DNA of 64,000 bases from Alphaproteobacteria bacterium (lineage in GTDB: Bacteria > Pseudomonadota > Alphaproteobacteria > GCA-2731375), in assembly GCA_965232515.1 (NCBI GenBank), contig CBDDPY010000002.1, positions 3,328,001-3,392,000 of the forward strand, given 5' to 3'. Made by a program: the position numbers and the translations under genes. Each line of letters begins with the position of its first letter. Positions within the stretch are counted from its first letter, which is position 1. This document shows, in pieces, positions 28,605 through 38,577 of the stretch. The notes under the pieces are model-generated. The model was not told the origin of the DNA, searched no databases, and saw only the letters and a list, made by a program, of their open reading frames with translations.

Positions 28605-29384
28605 TCAGCGGCCCACGAACTTCGCCTTCTCCTTGGCCAGGAACGCCTTGTAGCCGATCTGGAAGTCTTCGGTGTCGAAGCAGTCGTAACCTTCCTCGCG
28701 CTCGGCCTCGGTCAAGGGCGCGGGATCGAGCTTGCGGTAGATGAACTTCTTGTGCCAGCGGGCCGACAGCGGCGCGCCCTCGGCGATCTTCGCCGCCATG
28801 TCGTAGGCGGCGTCCGCCACCTGGTCGTCCGGCACCACGCGCGTCACCAGGCCCAAACGCAGGGCGTCGGCCGCGCCGATCAGTTCGCCCAGCACCAGGA
28901 TCTCGAGCGCCACGTTGACGCCGAATTTCTTGACGATCATGTCGAGCTCGTCCGGCGACTCGACAAGCCCCAGCCTTTTCACGGGCACGCCGAAGCGGCT
29001 CGACTCGCCGCAGACCCGGAAGTCGCAGAGCGCCGCGACGCCGAAGCCGCCGCCGACGCACATGCCTTCGATGAGCGCAATGGTCGGATGCCGGCAATCG
29101 CGCACCGCGTCCATGGCGGGATGCGTGATCTCGGCGAAGGCCTTGGCCTTTTCCTTACTGCTGCGAGTCTGTTCGAACTCGGAGATGTCGGCGCCGGCGC
29201 TGAACGCCTTGCCGCCGGCGCCGCGAATGACGACGCAGCGCAGATCGGAATCGGCGTCGCATTCGTCCATGATCCGCTTCAGGCCCTGGTTCATGGCCAG
29301 GTTCATGGCGTTGCGCCGCTCCGGCTGATTCAGCACCACCGTGGCGACGGCGCCGTCGCGCTCAACATAGACCTGCTCGGTCAT
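28605..29384 (-). CDS. Crotonase/enoyl-CoA hydratase family protein
   Basis: LNQPERRNAM, AFSAGADI, CVGGG, EDFQIGYKAFLAK. Confidence 0.88.
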   Translation of the reverse strand: MTEQVYVERDGAVATVVLNQPERRNAMNLAMNQGLKRIMDECDADSDLRCVVIRGAGGKAFSAGADISEFEQTRSSKEKAKAFAEITHPAMDAVRDCRHPTIALIEGMCVGGGFGVAALCDFRVCGESSRFGVPVKRLGLVESPDELDMIVKKFGVNVALEILVLGELIGAADALRLGLVTRVVPDDQVADAAYDMAAKIAEGAPLSARWHKKFIYRKLDPAPLTEAEREEGYDCFDTEDFQIGYKAFLAKEKAKFVGR

Positions 29385-29425
29385 CGGACCTCTTCCTCCC
29401 AATCCAAAAAGCGTCGTGATGATGT

Positions 29426-29833
29426 CTAGTGCTTGGCGAGCTTGTCGCGCTTACCCGCCAGGCGATCCTTCATGCGGTCGACCTCGATGACGAAGCGCAC
29501 ATGCCGGCCGCGCCCCACCAACTCGATGGCGTCCTGCACGAAGATGTCGAAGGTGACCTTGCGGTCCTCGACCCCGGCGATGCGCGCCTCGATATCGACC
29601 CAGGCGCCGAGCGGCGTCGCGCCCAGATGATCGAGCTCGATCCGCATGCCGACCGAGTCCTCGCCGCCGTCCGCATGTTCGAGGAGCATATCGCGACAGG
29701 TGATCTCGATGTCGGCGACCATGCTGGGCGTCGCATAGACGCGCCCTTTCGCGCCCATGAAAGCGATGGTCCGGTGTTCGTCGATCTCGAACCGTCGCGT
29801 CGTCGTCAGCCCCGGCTGCAGGCTGTCTTTCAT
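29426..29833 (-). CDS. Fluoroacetyl-CoA thioesterase (FlK)-like hotdog protein
   Basis: VYATPSMVADIE (Thr, Glu), HLGATP (His), G.H.RF. Confidence 0.82.
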   Translation of the reverse strand: MKDSLQPGLTTTRRFEIDEHRTIAFMGAKGRVYATPSMVADIEITCRDMLLEHADGGEDSVGMRIELDHLGATPLGAWVDIEARIAGVEDRKVTFDIFVQDAIELVGRGRHVRFVIEVDRMKDRLAGKRDKLAKH

Positions 29834-29849
29834 CGCTTGGCCTCGCCGC

Positions 29850-30644
29850 CTAGCGGCCCTGGAACGCAGGCCGTCGTTTCTCCATGAAGGCCGTGCGGCC
29901 CTCGATATAGTCCTCGCTGGCGAAACAGGCATCGACCATGGCCTGACAGGCGGCCAGATCCCGCTTGTCCGGATCGGTCAGCACCTCGGCCACCGCGCGT
30001 TTCACGGCGGCAATGGTGAGCGGCGCGTTACCGGCAATTGTTTCGGCATAGTCGCGCACATAGGCCTCCAGCGCCGCCACCGGCAGGCTGCGGTTGATCA
30101 GGCCCATCTGGATCGCCTCCGGCGCCGAGAACTGCCGCGCCGTGTAGAAGATCTCTTTGGCGAACGACGGGCCGACCACGTCGCACAGCCGCTTTATGCC
30201 GGTGTAGCCGTAACCGAGCCCCAGCTTGGCCGCCGGCACGGCGAACCGGCTGTTCTCGGACGCGATGCGCAGGTCGCAGTCGAGCGCCACGGCCAGGCCG
30301 CCGCCGATGCAATAGCCACGGATCATGGCGATGGTCGGTTTGGACGTGCCGGTCAGCGCCTTGTGCGCCCGCTCGCCGGCGGCGTTGTAATTGGCGACCG
30401 CCTCCTTAGTGCCGCGCTTCTCCTCGAATTCGGAGATATCGGCGCCGGAAATGAAGGCGCGTTCGCCAGCGCCGCGCAGCACGATCACCCGGATATCGTT
30501 GTCGGCCTCGAAGTCGGCCAGGATCTCGGGCACCGCCAGCCACATGTCGAGCGACACGGCGTTGTGCCGGCCTGGGTTGTTGAAAATCATCCAACCGATG
30601 CCGCCGTCCTTCTCGGCAATCATCCGTTCCGTACTACTCGCCAT
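29850..30644 (-). CDS. Crotonase/enoyl-CoA hydratase family protein
   Basis: FNNPGRHNA, AFISGADI, CIGGG, SEDYIEGRTAFMEKR.P.FQGR. Confidence 0.9.
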   Translation of the reverse strand: MASSTERMIAEKDGGIGWMIFNNPGRHNAVSLDMWLAVPEILADFEADNDIRVIVLRGAGERAFISGADISEFEEKRGTKEAVANYNAAGERAHKALTGTSKPTIAMIRGYCIGGGLAVALDCDLRIASENSRFAVPAAKLGLGYGYTGIKRLCDVVGPSFAKEIFYTARQFSAPEAIQMGLINRSLPVAALEAYVRDYAETIAGNAPLTIAAVKRAVAEVLTDPDKRDLAACQAMVDACFASEDYIEGRTAFMEKRRPAFQGR

Positions 30645-30799
30645 GCGTCGCGTATCCCTTGGCATCCGACGGCCGCGACGGCGGCCCGTCCGCCGTCTGG
30701 TTGATCGGTGTTTCGTCAGGCCGCTAGTATAACCGCCGTAACCTGAAAAAACGCGCCTCGGCGCGCAAAACAACCAAATTATCCGCGGAGGAGACAACA

Positions 30800-31789
30800 A
30801 TGGCGACGAGACGCGTTTTGGGCCTAGCCCTCGCGGCCTTAGGACTGGCCGCTTTGCAGACACCAGCTCAGGCCGAGACCAAGCTGGTGCTGGGATCGGC
30901 CGGCGTGCCCGGCAGCCTGATCTACGTCACCGAAGAGCAGTTCGTGAAGTGGGTCGACGAGCGCTCGGGCGGCGAGGTCAAGGTCGACTATTTCCACAGC
31001 AGCCAGATCGGCAACCACAAGGAAATGCTGCAGAAGGTCAAGCTCGGCACTCAGGAAATGGTGACGATCTCGACCGTTATGTCGACCATCCAGCCCGAAT
31101 TCGGCCTCTACGACATGCCGTACCTGGTGAAGGACCGGGTCCATGCCGGCTGCATCTCCAGCGAAATCGTCTTCCCGACCATGGCGCCGAAGCTCGAAAG
31201 CCAGGGCTACAAGCTGCTCGGCGTCTGGGAGAACGGCTTCCGGCAGATCACCAACAACGTCCGGCCGATCAACAAGCCCGACGACCTGAATGGCATCAAG
31301 CTGCGCACGCCGCGCGGCGTCTGGCGCATCAAGATGTTCGAGGCCTATGGCGCCAACCCGACGCCGATGGCCTTCTCGGAAGTGTTCGTCGCGCTGCAGA
31401 CGGGCGTCATGGACGGTCAGGAAAACCCCTACACCAACATCTGGGCCGCGAAGTTCCAGGAGGTCCAGAAGTACCTGAGCGTCACCAACCACGTCTACGC
31501 ACCCTTCGTACTGCTGATCAACAAGCGCAAGTGGGACGGGTTGGACGAGAAGGCGCAGAAGGTGATTTGGGACACCGCTCAGGACATCCAGGACTGGACC
31601 TACAAGAAGGCCGCCGAGCTGGACGAGAAGAACCTGAAACAGCTGCGTGACGCGGGCATGCAGTACAACGTCGCCGACCGCGCCTCCTTCGTCGAGGCCA
31701 GCAAGCCGGTCTATGCCGAGTTCGCCAAGGAAGTGAAAGGCGGTCAGGCCTTGGTCGACAAGGCGCTGGCGCTCGCCAACGGCTGCTAG
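30800..31789 (+). CDS. dctP: TRAP transporter substrate-binding protein
   Basis: Signal peptide, ENGFRQIT, DLNGIKLR, ALQTGVMDGQENP; SD GGAGGAG. Confidence 0.93.
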   Translation: MATRRVLGLALAALGLAALQTPAQAETKLVLGSAGVPGSLIYVTEEQFVKWVDERSGGEVKVDYFHSSQIGNHKEMLQKVKLGTQEMVTISTVMSTIQPEFGLYDMPYLVKDRVHAGCISSEIVFPTMAPKLESQGYKLLGVWENGFRQITNNVRPINKPDDLNGIKLRTPRGVWRIKMFEAYGANPTPMAFSEVFVALQTGVMDGQENPYTNIWAAKFQEVQKYLSVTNHVYAPFVLLINKRKWDGLDEKAQKVIWDTAQDIQDWTYKKAAELDEKNLKQLRDAGMQYNVADRASFVEASKPVYAEFAKEVKGGQALVDKALALANGC

Positions 31790-31888
31790 ACGGCGACAGA
31801 CCATCGCAGTGGCGCCCCGCCGTCCGAGCTTGGCGGCGGGGCCGTTGCATCACGCAATTTGTCTGGGATCGAACGGGGGTGGGGCGGC

Positions 31889-32395
31889 ATGTCCGTAATC
31901 GGCAGCGTGCGCCGGGTGCTGGAGCGGGCGCTTGAGTTCGCCTGCATGTTCTTCATGTCGGCCTTGGTCGTCATCATTGTCTGGGCCGTACTGTCCCGGA
32001 AATTCGGCGCCTCGCTGACCTGGTACGACGAGGTCGTGCCGATCATGCTGGCCTGGCTGTCCTATTTCGGCGCCTCGCTGGCGGCGTTGAAGCGCGGGCA
32101 TCTGGGCTTTCCGGGTTTGGTTCAGGTCGCGCCGCCGAACGTGCGCCTGATACTGCTGGTGTTCGTCGAGGTGCTGGTGATCGCCTTCTTCGTGATCCTG
32201 GCCTGGAGCGGCTGGCAGATCATCATCATCATCGCCGGCGACACGCTGACCAGCCTGCCCTGGGTGCACATGTCGGTGACCCAGTCGATCATCCCAATCG
32301 GCGCCGTGCTGTTCATCGTCGCCGAGCTGCTGACGCTGCCGGACGAATGGCGGGCGGCGCGCGAAGGCCGGCGCCTCGCCCACGGCGACGGCTGA
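31889..32395 (+). CDS. dctQ: TRAP transporter small permease
   Basis: Four TM segments, WYDEV, GASLA..RGH; lies between dctP and dctM. Confidence 0.88.
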   Translation: MSVIGSVRRVLERALEFACMFFMSALVVIIVWAVLSRKFGASLTWYDEVVPIMLAWLSYFGASLAALKRGHLGFPGLVQVAPPNVRLILLVFVEVLVIAFFVILAWSGWQIIIIIAGDTLTSLPWVHMSVTQSIIPIGAVLFIVAELLTLPDEWRAAREGRRLAHGDG

Positions 32396-32410
32396 GGCGG
32401 ACCGACCGTC

Positions 32411-33694
32411 ATGGCCGCGCTCATCATGCTGGTCGCGCTGATCGCGCTGATCCTGATCAACATGCCGATCGCCATCGCGCTCGGCGTCGTCGCGGTGTCG
32501 GCCATCGTGCTGACGGACGGCTTCGGCGCGCTCCTGTCGATGGGCGTGGTGATGTTCGAGGCGGCGACCAAGTTTCCGCTGCTGGCGATCCCGATGTTCG
32601 TGCTGGCCGGCGGCATCATGAACACGACGGGCATTTCGCGGCGTCTGATCGCCTTCGCCTCGGCGATGTTGGGCTTCATCCGCGGCGGCCTCGCCATGGT
32701 CAACATCGCCACCTCGATGTTCTTCGCCGAGATCTCGGGCTCGGCCGTCGCCGACGTCACCGCCATCGGCTCGATCCTGATCCCGGCCATGCGCCAGCGC
32801 GGCTACCCCAACACCTTCGCGGCGGCCGTCACCTCGTCGTCCGCCTCGCTGGCGATCATCATCCCGCCGTCGATCCCGATGATCCTCTACGCCGTGATCG
32901 CCGACACCTCGGTGATCCAGATGTTTATCGCCGGCGTCGTGCCCGGCATCATCGGCGCGGCCGGCCTGATGGGTCTCTCCTACTGGTTCGCCCGCCGGCG
33001 CGGCTATCCGGTCGAGGAGGTTTTCCAGATCAGCCATGTCTGGCGCACCTTCAAGGACGCGGCCTGGGCCTTCCTGCTGCCGATCATCATCTTGGGCGGC
33101 ATCTTCGGCGGCATCGTCACCGCGACCGAGGGCGCGGGTCTTGCCGTGGTCGCGGCGATCTTCATCGGCGGCGTCATTTACCGCGAGCTGACCTGGGCGC
33201 AGCTCGCGCGGTCCATGGTCGAGGGCGCGATTCAGACCTCGGTCGTCGTGCTGCTGATCGTCACCTCGGCGCTGCTGGGGCTTTACCTGACCCAGACCCG
33301 GCTGCCGCACGAACTCGCCAACTGGGTGATCAGCCTGACCGACAACCAGATCCTGGTCCTGGCGATGTTCAACGTGCTGTTCATCGTGCTGGGCTTCTTC
33401 CTGCACGGCGCCGCCGCGATCATCCTGGTGGTGCCCATCGTCATGCCGATCGTGCACCAGCTCGGCATCGATCCCGTGCATTTCGGCCTGATCGTGACGT
33501 TGAACCTGGCGATCGGCCAGCAAACGCCGCCGGTCGCCAGCGTCCTGATCGTGACCTGCTCGATCGCCAAGGCCGACGTCTGGGCGGTGACCAAGACAAA
33601 CGTCTATTTCATCGGCGTGCTGCTGGCGGTGCTGATGCTGGTGACCTACGTGCCGGCGATTCCGCTGTTCCTGGTCGAGACCTTCTATCGCTAA
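32411..33694 (+). CDS. dctM: TRAP transporter large permease
   Basis: LLAIPMF, SGSAVAD, IIPPSIPMI, TATE, GIDPVHFG, TPPV. Confidence 0.94.
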   Translation: MAALIMLVALIALILINMPIAIALGVVAVSAIVLTDGFGALLSMGVVMFEAATKFPLLAIPMFVLAGGIMNTTGISRRLIAFASAMLGFIRGGLAMVNIATSMFFAEISGSAVADVTAIGSILIPAMRQRGYPNTFAAAVTSSSASLAIIIPPSIPMILYAVIADTSVIQMFIAGVVPGIIGAAGLMGLSYWFARRRGYPVEEVFQISHVWRTFKDAAWAFLLPIIILGGIFGGIVTATEGAGLAVVAAIFIGGVIYRELTWAQLARSMVEGAIQTSVVVLLIVTSALLGLYLTQTRLPHELANWVISLTDNQILVLAMFNVLFIVLGFFLHGAAAIILVVPIVMPIVHQLGIDPVHFGLIVTLNLAIGQQTPPVASVLIVTCSIAKADVWAVTKTNVYFIGVLLAVLMLVTYVPAIPLFLVETFYR

Positions 33695-33723
33695 GCTGGG
33701 CTAGGCTGGCCGGAGAGAACCCC

Positions 33724-34677
33724 ATGGTGAAGATCGCGCTGCTGGATGACTACCAGAACGTCGCATTGAAGATGGCGGACTGGTCGGTGCTGCCGGGCGA
33801 CGCCGAGGTGACGGTGTTCAACGAATATCTCGGCGACGGTGACGCCGTCGCCGCGCGGCTCGCCGACTTCGAGATCGTCGGTATCATGCGCGAGCGCACG
33901 CCGTTTCCGCGCGCGCTGTTCGAGAAGCTGCCGAACCTGAAGCTGCTGGTGACGACTGGCATGCGCAACGCATCCATCGACCTCGCCGCCGCCGCCGATC
34001 ACGGCGTCATGGTCTGCGGCACGAGGGGCCTCGCCCGCAACACCGTCGAGCTGACCTGGGCGCTGATCCTGGCCGCCGCGCGCTCGCTGCCGTTCGAGGA
34101 CCGCCGGATGCGCGAGGGCGGCTGGCAGACGACGCTCGGCCGCGACCTAGAGGGCGCGACGCTCGGCGTCATCGGCCTCGGCCGACTGGGCAGCCAGGTC
34201 GCGACCATCGGCAAGGCCTTCGGTATGAACCTGCTGGCCTGGAGCCAGAACCTGACGGGTGAGCGGGCAGCGGAATTCGACGCGACGCTGGTCTCGAAGG
34301 ACGAGCTGCTTGCGCAGGCCGATTTCGTCACCATCCACCTGGTCCTGAGCGGCCGCACGCGCGGCCTGATCGGCGCCGCCGAGCTGGCGCGGATGAAGCC
34401 GGATGCCTATCTGATCAACGCGTCCCGCGGGCCGATCGTCGACGAGGCCGCGTTGATCGCGGCATTGGAAGCGAAACGGATCGCCGGCGCCGGCCTCGAC
34501 GTCTACGACATCGAGCCGCTGCCCACCGACCACCCGCTCCGCCGCCTCGATAACGTCGTGCTGTCGCCGCATATCGGCTACGTCACGGGAAATACCTATC
34601 GGGTGTTCTATGGCGACATGGTCGAGGCGATCGCCGGCTACCTCGACGGCGCGCCGGTCCGGCAACTTCAGGCCTGA
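33724..34677 (+). CDS. D-2-hydroxyacid dehydrogenase family protein
   Basis: IALLDDYQ, MRERTPF, TGMRNASID, GLGRLG, INASRGPIVDE, SPHIGY. Confidence 0.92.
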   Translation: MVKIALLDDYQNVALKMADWSVLPGDAEVTVFNEYLGDGDAVAARLADFEIVGIMRERTPFPRALFEKLPNLKLLVTTGMRNASIDLAAAADHGVMVCGTRGLARNTVELTWALILAAARSLPFEDRRMREGGWQTTLGRDLEGATLGVIGLGRLGSQVATIGKAFGMNLLAWSQNLTGERAAEFDATLVSKDELLAQADFVTIHLVLSGRTRGLIGAAELARMKPDAYLINASRGPIVDEAALIAALEAKRIAGAGLDVYDIEPLPTDHPLRRLDNVVLSPHIGYVTGNTYRVFYGDMVEAIAGYLDGAPVRQLQA

Positions 34678-34778
34678 CATTCTGCGCGTGTCGCAGAGAA
34701 AGTTCCGAAAATTAGAGATAATTCAAAGAATAAACTTCCATATATTGAAGTAAACATATCTGTGCGCTCACCCTCGCA

Positions 34779-34793
34779 TTAACATAATTTTCA
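34779..34793 (+). promoter_or_regulatory. Possible CtrA-like box (TTAA-N7-TTCA)
   Basis: One mismatch from TTAA-N7-TTAA, in a very AT-rich intergenic region upstream of a motility-type regulator. Confidence 0.35.
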
Positions 34794-34926
34794 GCCGACC
34801 AACCATATATTCAATCATGACGGCAGGTTTTCTACAAATCTGTCGAAAAAGACAAAATTTTACATAAGTTATCCAATCGGGTGATGGTCGAATGGCGGGA
34901 AATTGGGGGAGACATGGTGGAATGTC

Positions 34927-35466
34927 ATGCTCTCGAGCTACGGACACCCCTTCGAGGCAAAGCAGCTAAGGCCGCTTAACCTTGGTCCCCTCGACGTGCT
35001 GGTCGTGGACGACAATCCGCAGATCCGCGAACTGCTCGTCACCATCCTGGACGCCCTGCACGTCAAGCACATCCGCGAAGCCACGGACGGCGACGCCGGC
35101 TTCAAAGAGGTCTGCGCCTCGCCACCGGACATCGTCCTGACCGACTGGGTCATGGAACCGGTCAGCGGCGTCGAACTGGTCCGGCGCATCCGACAGTCCG
35201 AGAAGAGCCCGAACCCGTTCCTGCCCGTGGTCATGATCACCAGTTCGTGCAGCTCGACCGAGGTGATCGAAGCGCGCGATGCCGGCGTCAGCGAGTTCCT
35301 GGTCAAGCCGATCACGCCGAAAGCGCTGTACGAACGCATCGTCTCGCTGGTCGAGCGGCCGCGCCCGTTCATCCGCACCAAGTCCTTCTTCGGACCCTGC
35401 CGGCGGCAGGATCGGCTGGCGGGCTATGGCGGCCCGGAACGGCGGCGCGGCGGCACCGATCGCTGA
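34927..35466 (+). CDS. CheY-like response regulator with Arg-rich tail (Cle-type c-di-GMP effector-like)
   Basis: VVDD, TDWVMEP (phospho-Asp), FLVKP, tandem FFGPCRR / YGGPERRR. Exact start uncertain. Confidence 0.82.
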   Translation: MLSSYGHPFEAKQLRPLNLGPLDVLVVDDNPQIRELLVTILDALHVKHIREATDGDAGFKEVCASPPDIVLTDWVMEPVSGVELVRRIRQSEKSPNPFLPVVMITSSCSSTEVIEARDAGVSEFLVKPITPKALYERIVSLVERPRPFIRTKSFFGPCRRQDRLAGYGGPERRRGGTDR

Positions 35467-35502
35467 TCAGACCGCGAGACGAACGTTCAAGGGACGGGAA
35501 TC

Positions 35503-36021
35503 ATGGGCAAGCCAGCAGCGAAATCCGCCGCGCCGCCGCGTGGCAAACCGGGCGACTTCGAGGAGATCGTGCCGCCGAACCTGCTGTTGAAAAAGCTGGG
35601 ACCCGGACGCGGCGTCGATCCGGATCTGCTGATCGAGGCCGAAACCGCCGTCTATGCCTTGCAGGCGAAGTTCGAAAAACGCTTCATGACCGAGATGAAC
35701 GCGCTGCAGGACACCTTCAACGAGATGAAGCTGAACAACGATTTCGACATTCAGCACGTCGCCAACACGGTGCGGGAATTGACCGGCGAAAGCGGCACCT
35801 ACGGCTATCCGCTGGTCAGCCGCTTCGGCCGGTCGTTGTGCGTGTTCATGGACGACATGACGAACCTCGATGCCGAGCAGGTCGGGTTGATCGACGCCCA
35901 TCTCGATGCCATGCGCGCCGTGGTCGGCGGCAAGGTGCGCGGCGACGGCGGCAAGATGGGTCAGCAGCTCGTGCACGAGCTCGAAATGGTGACGTCGCGC
36001 ATGTCGATCACCCTGCCCTGA
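35503..36021 (+). CDS. Hpt-like protein lacking the canonical His
   Basis: VRELTGESGTYGYPLVS aligns by eye with the AHDLKGQGGTFGYPLV pattern; N-terminal I.PPN.L..K. Confidence 0.65.
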   Translation: MGKPAAKSAAPPRGKPGDFEEIVPPNLLLKKLGPGRGVDPDLLIEAETAVYALQAKFEKRFMTEMNALQDTFNEMKLNNDFDIQHVANTVRELTGESGTYGYPLVSRFGRSLCVFMDDMTNLDAEQVGLIDAHLDAMRAVVGGKVRGDGGKMGQQLVHELEMVTSRMSITLP

Positions 36022-36084
36022 CGGCGCCGCCGTCCATCGAATTCCACTAGGCGACAAGAGGGCGAACCGGGTAGCCTGCGGCCC

Positions 36085-37563
36085 ATGTCGCAGGAACCAC
36101 CTCACAGCGTATCGGAAACAGGGCTCGCACGCCTCGCCCGGCGGATCGCACGCGATCTGGACTATCTGAACTATCCGCCCCGGAACTGGGTCGTGCCGCA
36201 CGATGACGGGCACGGCGGCCAGCTCGTTGACGTCGCCATCGTTGGCGGCGGCATGTGCGGCCTGACGCTCGCCTTCGCGTTGCGGCGTGTCGGCGTCGGC
36301 AACATCCGCCTGATCGACAGCCAGCCGGACGGTCAGGAAGGCCCCTGGGTGACCTATGCCCGCATGGCCACCCTGCGCTCGCCCAAGCACCTGGTCGGCC
36401 CGGCGCTCGACCTGCCCAGCCTCACCTTCCGGGCCTGGTACGAGGCGCAGTTCGGCGTCGATGCCTGGGAGGCGCTCGGCCGCATCGACCGGACGATGTG
36501 GATGGACTATCTGCGCTGGTACCGCCGGGTCCTGGACCTGCCGGTCGAGAACGGCGTGACGATGACATCGCTTGCGTCCGAAGGCGACGCCATCCGCCTT
36601 GATCTCGAAAGGGCGAGCGGCCCCGACGTGCTGCGGGCCCGCAAAGTGGTGCTGGCCACAGGACGCGACGGGCTGGGCGGTCCCTATACGCCGGCCGTCG
36701 CCGCGGGCCTGCCGGCCGATCGCTGCAGCCACTCGGCCGACGACATCGATTTCGCGGCGCTTGCCGGCAGGCAGGTCGCGGTGCTGGGCGGCGGCGCCTC
36801 GGCCTGCGACAACGCCGGCGTCGCGCTCGAGATGGGCGCCGCCGAGGTGCGGCAGTTCGTGCGCCGCGACGACCTGCCGCGCGTCAACAAATCCAAGGGC
36901 GCGGTCTATGCCGGCTATGCGCTGGCGTTTCCGCACCTGGACGACGCCTGGCGCTGGCGCTTTCTGCATTACGTGCTGGACGAACAGGTGCCGCCGCCGC
37001 GCGAATCCATGCTGCGGCTCTCACGGCACGCCAACTATCACCTGCAGCTCGGCTGCCCCTGGCGGCGGGCCGAAGCGGACGGCGACGGCATCGCCATCGA
37101 CACACCCAAGGGCGTGTTTCACGCCGACCACGCGATCATCGGCACCGGCTTCGACGTCGACATCGGCCGTCGGCCCGAGCTGGCGGCGCTCGCAGATCAC
37201 GTGCTGCTCTGGCAGGACCGGGTCGCCATCGACGATGGCGAACTGTCCCGTCAGTTCGGCCGGTTTCCCTATCTGGGTCCGGACTTCGCTTTCCTGCCGC
37301 GCGCGCCCGACGGCCCAGGCTGGCTCGCCAACGTGCATTGCTTCAACTATGCCTCGACGCTGAGCCACGGCCCCGTCAGCGGCGATATCCCGCTGCTCGG
37401 GTTCGGTGCCGAGCGCCTCGCCGGCGGGGTCGCCGCCAGTTTCTTCGACGCGGACAAGCAGGCCCATTTCGCCGACCTGCAGGCCTTCGACGAACCGGAA
37501 CTGCTGGGCGACGAATGGTCGGTCGACGACGCTGACCCGCCGCAGCGCCGACAACAATCCTGA
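36085..37563 (+). CDS. FAD/NAD(P)-dependent monooxygenase (HpyO-like)
   Basis: IVGGGMCG, EGPWVTYARMATLRSPK, VLATG, VLGGGASACDNA, GTGF, SGDIP. Confidence 0.8.
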   Translation: MSQEPPHSVSETGLARLARRIARDLDYLNYPPRNWVVPHDDGHGGQLVDVAIVGGGMCGLTLAFALRRVGVGNIRLIDSQPDGQEGPWVTYARMATLRSPKHLVGPALDLPSLTFRAWYEAQFGVDAWEALGRIDRTMWMDYLRWYRRVLDLPVENGVTMTSLASEGDAIRLDLERASGPDVLRARKVVLATGRDGLGGPYTPAVAAGLPADRCSHSADDIDFAALAGRQVAVLGGGASACDNAGVALEMGAAEVRQFVRRDDLPRVNKSKGAVYAGYALAFPHLDDAWRWRFLHYVLDEQVPPPRESMLRLSRHANYHLQLGCPWRRAEADGDGIAIDTPKGVFHADHAIIGTGFDVDIGRRPELAALADHVLLWQDRVAIDDGELSRQFGRFPYLGPDFAFLPRAPDGPGWLANVHCFNYASTLSHGPVSGDIPLLGFGAERLAGGVAASFFDADKQAHFADLQAFDEPELLGDEWSVDDADPPQRRQQS

Positions 37564-38481
37564 TCAGTCGGCGGCGAGCCCGCCGAAACGTTCCCGGAAG
37601 TAGGCCGCGGCCTCGGGCAACGGCCCCTCGGCCGTTTCCGCCGCGGCCATCAGGTGTTCTTCGGCCGGTAGGGCCGTGAGGCGGTAGAGGTTGCGGCAGA
37701 GCGCGCGGGCGGGCCGGCCCGGCCAGTCGACCGGCAACAGCTCGTCCGGCAGCATGGGATCGCGCAACAGCACCCGCCGATAGTCGTGCACCAGCAGCGT
37801 TCGGACCAGGAAGCAACTCCGCGGGTCCGGCGCCGACGCCTCGCCCAAGGCCTGGTAGATCGGCCGGAAGTGATCGACGAAGGCCGCGTAGTCGGCGGCG
37901 AGCCGGTCGAGATCCCAGGCGCCACGCACCAGCGCCTGCAGCGCCGGCAGCTGGTTCGTCGCCTGCGCCGTCATCACCACCAGCCGGTCGGTCAGACCCT
38001 GATCCTGGAAGGTTTGGGTCAACGCCTCCATGTCCGGCGCCGGATGCGCCAGCACGGTCGGCGCGAACGTGCCGAATCCCAGCCATTGCAGCTCGCGCCG
38101 CACGGCCTCGCGCGCCGCACTGTCGAGCTCGCCGGCCAGGACCAGCCGCCACTGGCCGTCCCACGGCGCCCGCGGCGGCGCGTAGATCCGCCGGTGCGCC
38201 GCCTCGAAGCGCTGGCGGCCGCTTTCGGTCAGGCTGTAATAGCTGCGCCGGCCGAGCTGACGCGCGGCCAGCCAGTCGTCGGCCACCAGCCGGAACACGG
38301 CCGTGCGCACCATGCGCTCGTTCAGGCCCAGCGGCGCGACCAGCCGGATCAGACTGCCAAGCCAGACCGAACCGCCATGCGGCAGGATGGCGTCGCCGAA
38401 CACCGTGACGATGACCGACTTCCCCTTCAAGTCGATCTGCCGCCTGAGCTTGTCGATCAATCCGTCGAGCCGCCGGGTCAT
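37564..38481 (-). CDS. paaX: PaaX-family transcriptional repressor
   Basis: SVIVTVFGDAILPHGGSVWLGSLI, VRTAVFRL, WDGQW, LVHDYRRVLLRDPMLPDELLP.DWPG; SD AGGAGG. Confidence 0.92.
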   Translation of the reverse strand: MTRRLDGLIDKLRRQIDLKGKSVIVTVFGDAILPHGGSVWLGSLIRLVAPLGLNERMVRTAVFRLVADDWLAARQLGRRSYYSLTESGRQRFEAAHRRIYAPPRAPWDGQWRLVLAGELDSAAREAVRRELQWLGFGTFAPTVLAHPAPDMEALTQTFQDQGLTDRLVVMTAQATNQLPALQALVRGAWDLDRLAADYAAFVDHFRPIYQALGEASAPDPRSCFLVRTLLVHDYRRVLLRDPMLPDELLPVDWPGRPARALCRNLYRLTALPAEEHLMAAAETAEGPLPEAAAYFRERFGGLAAD

Positions 38482-38577
38482 GGCGCGCTTCGGCCTCCTG
38501 TTGGTCGATTCAGTCTGTCGCCGGACATAGTTCACACCCCTGGCCTTGTCCACGGCCGCCAGAGCGGCGCAATGGCG

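Noticed and set aside
32347-34677. Apparent 776-aa fusion upstream of the D-2-hydroxyacid dehydrogenase
   Set aside because: The N-terminal part is an off-frame read of dctM; the real start is 33724 after an SD-like GGAGAG.
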